Assembly (NCBI GenBank): GCA_000320545.1
Contig: ADNK01001333.1
Location: forward strand, 1 to 46,940
DNA length: 46,940 bases
Direction of reading: 5' to 3'
DNA from: Bigelowiella natans CCMP2755
Taxonomy: Eukaryota; Protista; Cercozoa
The notes under the pieces were generated by a model. That model was not told the origin of the DNA. It saw only the letters and a program-made list of their open reading frames with translations, and ran no database searches. Shown here in pieces: positions 35,804 to 46,940 of this stretch. A program made the position numbers and the translations under genes. Position 1 is the first letter of the stretch. Each line of letters opens with the position of its first letter.

Positions 35804-36942
35804 GCATATAACCATGTTGTACGTGTGAGATTTCAGCACTTCCCTACACACTACTACTATGACTACCTTGTTGCAATACTTGCAGCAGAATGGTAACGAC
35901 TCAGTTGTGGATGGCTTTGACAACGATCTTGAAACCTCTTTTCCCGACTGAATTTGTGTCTTGAGGGTACCAGGATACTGCCGGTAGTGGAATAGTGATT
36001 CTGGGGGGGCTGACATCCCAGCCTTATTATCACTGCCTATTCTCGTTGCTTTGGCCTCTACAGCTATGTTACTCCTTTGAAATCCATAAGGATTGATTGT
36101 ATTTTGAAGGGCGGCGGTGGGTAGCGGCCGTAGTTGTTGAGAGGCAGCTCGATGGGGAAAGTCTTGTCTATGAAGAACAACAGGCTGCTGCTGAGTGTTA
36201 GTCGCTGACTCTGAATAGCCCCCCCCCAGACGTTTTTCATAGTTGGCATGGCTATGCATGCGAAAATCTCCCGTATTTCTCGGATAACAATGGCTGTTCG
36301 ACCATCGTGAGGGAGCCATTACCCCCAGCGGGGCAACGGTAGGCCGCTCATACATCTGATTCCGATAACTCTCATCAGTATCATATCTCGCAGTGCCACC
36401 ACCGCCCATTTGAATAGTAGTTGGATCCAAGACCTGGGGGATGGTGGAGAAAAGGGGAATAAGTATCAATAATACGTCAGAGATAAATACCAATCGTACA
36501 TAAGAATACGTGAAGGAAGAAAATGAAGCGCGGTAATGGAGACCTGACGAGGAAAAAGCTGTGCACCAGCAAAGTCCAAGCGCCTTCTCTTGAGAGCCAT
36601 ATCTAGACGATATCTTCCATCTAGAGGCTGCTCGATGTAACTCCCCTGGCGTAGCAAATAGCTGGAAGATGGTTGCGCACTATTATTGTATCCTGCTGAG
36701 GCCGTGTTCCTCTCGAGAATGCGAGAATGATGTAGAGGATGCTGCAAATCAGGTTGGTTTCTTATCAATCCCTGGCCAGCGGGAGGAAATGGAAGTGCTG
36801 TCTGATTCCTGTGAATCCCGTGCCAGAATTCTTCCTGATATGAAACAGGAATCTGCAGCGCATTAGGTCTTATCTGTTGAGGAGAACGACTCCCATACTG
36901 GCCTTGGCTTTGGGGTCCGCCATAGGCGCTATTGCGCTTCAT
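34198..36942 (-). CDS. C2H2 zinc-finger transcription factor (three fingers) with Q/P/S-rich regions
   Basis: Spliced fingers: FCCKYCNK|ALSCKSSLRRHMKLHT; FYCDTCGR|GFSDRGTLESHSRIHTGEK|; PFQCPQCKRRFTQK|GNLNRHLKLH. N-terminal ORFs are 36466-36942 and 35756-36493; the Ser-rich C-terminal ORF is 34198-34653. Confidence 0.88.
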
Positions 36943-37290
36943 TTTCCCTCGCTACCGTCTTCTTGTTGAGGAACGTCGGCACTGGAGCTCGTCACGCGTG
37001 AGGATTAACATCATTATCTGTCTTGGTATACTTGGGGCCTCTCTCTGCACGTGAAGTTAGTGGACCGCCATGACAAGCTAAAGATGAAGTGTGGTGCTGA
37101 TGAAAGTGTGGTGTTTGGTTCTAAAGCCGTCGCGACAACTTGTGTCATCCCGTTCACGTGCTTCGTAGCCATTTGCCCTGCATTTTTGACCTACGACAAG
37201 CGCATAAAGGCATCCGTACTATTTCAGACCTACCGTTACTACGGGTAACGAGATGAATTTTTTCGGCAGTGAGAAGGAGGTGAACATCCA

Positions 37291-37329
37291 GGAGATTTTC
37301 TCGAGATATATCGGAGATTTTCTCGAGAT
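37291..37329. promoter_or_regulatory. 17-bp direct repeat in the divergent spacer between the C2H2 and UBE2E genes
   Basis: ggagattttctcgagat at 37291-37307 and 37313-37329 (22-bp spacing). Confidence 0.45.
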
Positions 37330-37427
37330 TTAACTCATTGGGACGGAGCCGCAGACCTTGCCCAGCGGAGATCCTTCATCATCTAGGCGGTGACATTCGA
37401 CTGGTGCTCAACTAAGTTTTTTATTTG

Positions 37428-38378
<951 letters not shown>

Positions 38379-38379
38379 T

Positions 38380-38999
38380 TGCACTCTATATCGCACTTGA
38401 TTGCATAACGATATCATTACGACATTTCGTGCGATTGTGTCTAGTATTTATCAAATGCGTGCTCCCGATGAATGTTCTAATTACATTATGAATTGAAACT
38501 TATGGTAATGTGGAAAAACTGATTGGACATTTCTTACGATTGCGAAAGTGCGCCTAGATACATCTAGACATACATCTACATGCGGATACTAGGATCGATG
38601 CTATGCTGGTAGGTATAGCAATGCATATTGAATAGCGCGCACCACACTATTAACTGCTCTCTCGGCTCTGCATGTAGCTACAGCAGGGCTAGAGCGATTG
38701 GCCATTCTAGCATTGGAAAAATGTGGTGATCATTTCATTGCATGACATCCGCTCTCGCTCGGCACAATCTTTAGACAATGAATGACCTGGCCATATAGCA
38801 TTCTGGCAGTTTCTAGCTGTGTCTGGTTTGCAACAAGCAGATGGCAAGCGACGTGCGAAGCGAGCACAGGATACGACACATGAAGAACAATGCTTGTTCC
38901 TAAATGCATTCGTGTTGTGTGCCGTATCGTATGCTGATGATTGCGCATCTGAAATGCAAAACACTTGATGTGGATGTCCTAGCACATTCCGAGCCTGCA
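38380..38999. other. Convergent intergenic spacer with palindrome-rich signature
   Basis: e.g. gcctagatacatctagacatacatctacatgcggatactaggatcgatgc. Confidence 0.6.
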
Positions 39000-39603
39000 T
39001 CATCTCAAGTCTGGAAGTTCAATGAGATCTTTGACCATCTTGTAAACTCCTGCCGCGGCAAATGCACTCTGAACACACACAGTAGCCACAAAATGAAACG
39101 ATCACTGAAGGTTGGGCAGCTTTGAATGTGCGCACCTTGCCGTTCCACTTTCGTCGTACAACAGAGAGAGGGAGGTAGCCGATGTCTGAAAGCACGGAAG
39201 GAACCAGCACGTAGCGATCCGTTTGTGGTGTGATTTCACTAAGTGAAGAGTCCGAAACCTGTCTCTATATTACTTTCTACCCTCACCCTTCCCCGCTACT
39301 GCATGTCATTACCGGTATTCTCTCTTGCCCCCGACATCAATGCTCCCTTATCGTCCTTTATATTGATTCATAAATTGGAAAGAAACTCACTCGCAAAGAA
39401 TGGCGCCGCGCATATTTTTCTTTGAAATTAAGGATGACATCATGCAGAGAGCAGGGCGTTATTTTCATCTTACTGTCAAGCCGACGCATAGTATCCAATC
39501 TAGGCTCGCCCTGGTTAGATAATAGTGCAACAGCGGGTGAATCGACGACACAAAGTAAGAGAGATCACAAAGCGTCAACTGTGCCATTGTTACTACTAAT
39601 AAA

Positions 39604-39696
<93 letters not shown>

Positions 39697-42070
39697 TATT
39701 TGAGTTCTAGCTTGCTTTCCCACCCTAGAACCCGGGCTGTTACAATTTTCGATGACGAAGATGGTGATGAGGATAGCTCTCCTCTGCCTACTTACCAAAT
39801 GCAACGTTATAGATATACGCACATACGCAACTGCCCCGCACACATACAAAAAAAATCGTGGACCTCACCTGATGTATCTTCCTTCTCCTCCACACTCTTA
39901 GCCCATTCTAGGCTCGCGCCTTCCTGAGAGTTCAATTCACTACTATCATCAAATCTATTCACTCGACAGTACATATCCATGATGGCCGTCCTATGCTACA
40001 AATGTTTTCAGCACGCACGCCGGCCACATAAGTTGATAGAGGCCATTCGTTACCTTCTTCATAATCATCATTCGTCAGTACTATCATCAAATCTCAGCCT
40101 ACCTTGGAGAGCAGCCAATTTGTTGTGTCTTCAATGTTGTCGTCATTTAACTCTAACGCATACTTTGCCTAATATAGACCCAGGCTTTGTTGAAACTAGA
40201 TATTTCTATAGTTGCGCATTGTTATATTTATAATAGTTGTGCTGTATTGTGTTCCCATTTCCGACTCATAACATGCTTCTTTTAAGGGTGAAAGTTAGTA
40301 TATTCCCCCCCGGATATATAAATAAATAAATAAATGATTTTACAACATCCAACCACCTGGCTAAGAGTCAAAAACGGGAAGACTTCCAAGATATTCTCCT
40401 TTGCTGCCTTTCCCCTGCCACCAATATATGTGGTAGTCACACAGTGTTTGTGAACCAAGGCACGCCAATATCATTCATCCATCGCTGCTGCACGTATTGC
40501 TCTGCGTTCAATGAGGGACCAATACTACGTGTAACAGCAGTGTCGATGGATTGTTGAGCAGTTACCGATGTTGTTCCCTCCGCCGAGTATTATTTTCCTG
40601 TTTTGAGAGTGTTTGTCCATGCACGGCACCGATATAGGATTATTTTTCACACGTAGCGCAACATATATCTCCCAAGGGAGGGGAGCAAGCGATTTGCCAA
40701 AGACAAGTAACAACCTGTTTGCGAAGTGCTCTCTTTTCCTGTCTTATTTGCTTCTTTTTCTGTTTCTTTTGCTTCTTCTTTCTCTGCTTCCAGTTTTGGA
40801 GCTGACTCTTACCATTGTCATCGATATCTAGTGGGTCACCATTAACACAGCCTTCCATTATAACGATTGGTGATGATGCGGCTGACAATGATGATATTCG
40901 AGGTGGTGGTGGTGGTGGTTGTGTCATATGGTAAGAGACTGAAGGGTGTAAACGGGGATCAAAGACCAGCAATGACATTCATAATAATAACAATAATAAT
41001 AATAATAATGTATGTTCCTGATTTGAATATTCGTCACTTTCATTTTTTTAAAAAAAAAATACACTTTGAGTTTTAAACAGAAGGAATACGATTGTTAGGG
41101 TATAGGGGGATAGCAGGACCTGGTGAAGACACCCGAGAGATGGCCTGAGATATCTGCAAAGCACACCATAGTAAGGAAGAGCTACCGTGTATGGCATAAA
41201 TTGGAATCATGCAACACATACACCACACACAACACACGCTGTCATATATGCATACACAGCGCGCCACTTCCATACCTTTGCCAAGCCTGATCTGAGCAAC
41301 TCCTTGCTCAGAATCTCCTCTTCTTTTGCTGCATACGTGGAACCATTGAAACGAATTCATCAAGCAAAGTAAACCGTCAGCACTGTTTCGAAGCCACGTC
41401 ACTCCTTATGTCCTTCTCTCCTTCATTATATTCTGTCTTCTTCTTCTTCTTCTTCTTCTTCTTCTTCTTTGTTATTTACGACATTTCGGCGGTTTATCGG
41501 TCCGTTGACTCCAGACGTCGTCGGGGATTTGTATTAACGTGCCCTGAAGAAGCAAGAACGACCATCCAATGGCCAAACATCATTTATACTCGATATGTGG
41601 ATTAAGAAAAAGATTGTACAGCAAGCAGTGAGGCCTGTACCTCAAGAAGAGCCGATACGGACTTTCCCAATCTCTTCTTGTCAATATCACACTATCGAAT
41701 TCACCATACACAAGAAAGTAAATTGCTAAATGTACAAAGATTCACATGCATTTTGCCTCCTCTTGGGCAAGCACGCTCGAAGCAACAGCGGGGTCAGCCA
41801 GGGCGATGAGCACCAATGCCTCACAATCATGCTCATATTCACCTGGGACTTTATGGCAACCAGAGAATCGGCCAATGTTTGACAGCGAGTCGTGTACCTG
41901 CTTTCGACCTTGGCCGGGCATTACAACCATTTGTCATTGGACTCTCATATCACATGAAGGGTTGCTAAGGGGAATCGGCTACCTCTTCTCGTTGTTTCTT
42001 ATGCTCGGCCTGAAATTGGAATTTGAGAGCATTCAACACGCATAGCACACACAATTATGTTTGGTTAGAG

Positions 42071-42116
<46 letters not shown>

Positions 42117-42825
42117 GTGTGTGTGCGCTTGTGCGCTTGTGCGTGTGCCTGCGTATATGTTTATGTGTATGTGTGTCTGTGTGTTTGTGAATAAACCTGT
42201 ATTGTTTCTCGAATCTCTACTAGATGCTTAAGATTCGCAAAATAATTGGCACCACTGGTGCAGTAAAGAAAAGAAAGTTTTCAAATATATTCAAAGGCAA
42301 GTATCCGTGAAACATGCTTGTTACGAGACGAGCGTTTTATACCTTTGGCGTCGGCCTTTTTTCGTTATCTTTCGGGCCTCTTTTGCAGCGTCTCTTACAT
42401 CTAACATCACAGGTACTTTATCGTCGTTGAAATTCTTGAATGACGTCTTGATACGGCTAGTTGCACACTATCATGCTAGGAGCATTGATTCTCGTGCGCA
42501 GGACCTACCTTCCTTGGAGAAGGAGTGAGAATTAGAGTCCTGAAGATGGAGTGGGGGTGGCAAGTCGTCGGTGGAGACACCCCCTCTTAGAGGTGACGCC
42601 TTCGACTGTATGTGCAAACATTCCGTTACATTCCTTTGTTCTATTCTTTCTTTCTTTTTTTTTTTAAATTAACTACAATCAATTGGAGTTTCGTCTTCAG
42701 TTCTTTCTCCAATGCCTCGATCTCTGCCAACGACATGCTACTTGTAGGAATCCTATTTCTCGCACAAGCAGGCGCTCTTCTAATAACTCGTAGTGGCTTC
42801 TTATTTTTCCTTGGCGCTGTTATGC

Positions 42826-42884
<59 letters not shown>

Positions 42885-43330
42885 AACAGCACACAGAGCA
42901 CATGCCACACAAAACTCAGACTACACTTTGGAGCTATTCGATGATTCTAATGGAAAAACCAGGTTTGTATGAACATTTAACATACGGGGAAGACTAACAG
43001 GAGTTAGGCACTGAACATACGAGTAAGGCTAACAGAAGATGTCCGGGAGGTGAGGTCACGTGGCCTGGTTGGTACTCTATGAGCTGGCAAGGGCAGAACG
43101 TAACAACCACATTGGACCAAAATTATTAGGTATATATGGCTATAAAGATCTCGAAATAGATGGTACTTTTCAACAACAATAGCAACAACTAAAATATGCT
43201 TTTGCGTCTCTTCCCAGCAGTTCCGTCATCACCCAATAATAACCCATCATTTTGTTTTTTCTCCTTCTGTTATATAACGAGAAAATACACCACCATTAAA
43301 GTCCTGCGTCAGGGAATCCTGTATCGAATC
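39000..43330 (-). CDS. Multi-exon protein with a CUE/UBA-like ubiquitin-binding motif and a possible C-terminal SH3/Tudor-like barrel; 5' end unresolved
   Basis: Phase-0 join gives ENILEVFPFLTLSQ|AKYALELNDDNIEDTTNWLLSK (exons ~40340-40405 and ~40105-40170). Upstream coiled/basic exons: SLAEIEALEKELKTKLQLI, VESRYTTRCQTLADSLVAIKSQ, KQRKKKQKKQKKKQ. Downstream: LMWPACVLKTF and DIGYLPLSVVRRKW. Confidence 0.5.
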
Positions 43331-43658
43331 CAAAGTTAAATCCCAATGCAACCGCACGGTCGCGGATATGGTTTTTGAAGATCCCCGGTGTTTGTGACGA
43401 TTTTCGGATAAATACAGACTATTTGCTTGTAAACATCAGGATTTGCAGCATATTGACGGTGAAATGTGCCTACGCTGGAGGTCGGGTGTATCTTAAAAAG
43501 TAGCATCTGCGCTTTCTGGCACCCCCTCGACTGAGAGAGCGAACGTTCTATTCGTACTGCCCAGGCCACGACTGAACTCTCCATTCGTTAATTGCAAGTA
43601 AATACATTGTATATGGATTGTGCCCCCGCCGTTCATAAGTGACAATTGTGTTTCACAG

Positions 43659-46940
<3,282 letters not shown>

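Noticed and set aside
40440-40525. WW-like string GVPWFTNT
   Set aside because: Phase analysis places it inside the intron joining EQHR to GKAAKENILEVFP.

Overview
Intron-rich eukaryotic nuclear DNA, so the supplied single-exon ORF track is mostly fragments or microsatellite artefacts. I rebuilt genes by hand from GT-AG splice phases and protein motifs. A bipartite (signal + transit-like) leader on cysteine synthase, short introns and microsatellite-rich genes suggest an alga with a secondary plastid, most likely a chlorarachniophyte (inference). About 14 genes alternate strictly in strand (-,+,-,+...) as seven head-to-head pairs: sulfotransferase-like / small Cys-module membrane protein; Rab1-like GTPase / SnoaL-like protein; CNH-WWE-VPS9 giant protein / peptidase C69; signal-peptide+TM+TLDc protein / orphan; type II membrane orphan / plastid cysteine synthase; C2H2 zinc-finger protein / UBE2E-like E2; CUE-domain protein / AP-4 beta adaptin. 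Tail-to-tail spacers are rich in CTAG/CATG/TGCA palindromes, while head-to-head spacers carry AGAT-core repeats. Top leads are this paired architecture, the CNH-WWE-VPS9 and membrane-anchored TLDc architectures, an inverted-repeat-bounded ~700 bp element, and an apparent GT-AC intron. No rRNA, tRNA, CRISPR array or autonomous transposon was recognised. Exon boundaries are manual and unverified by transcripts.
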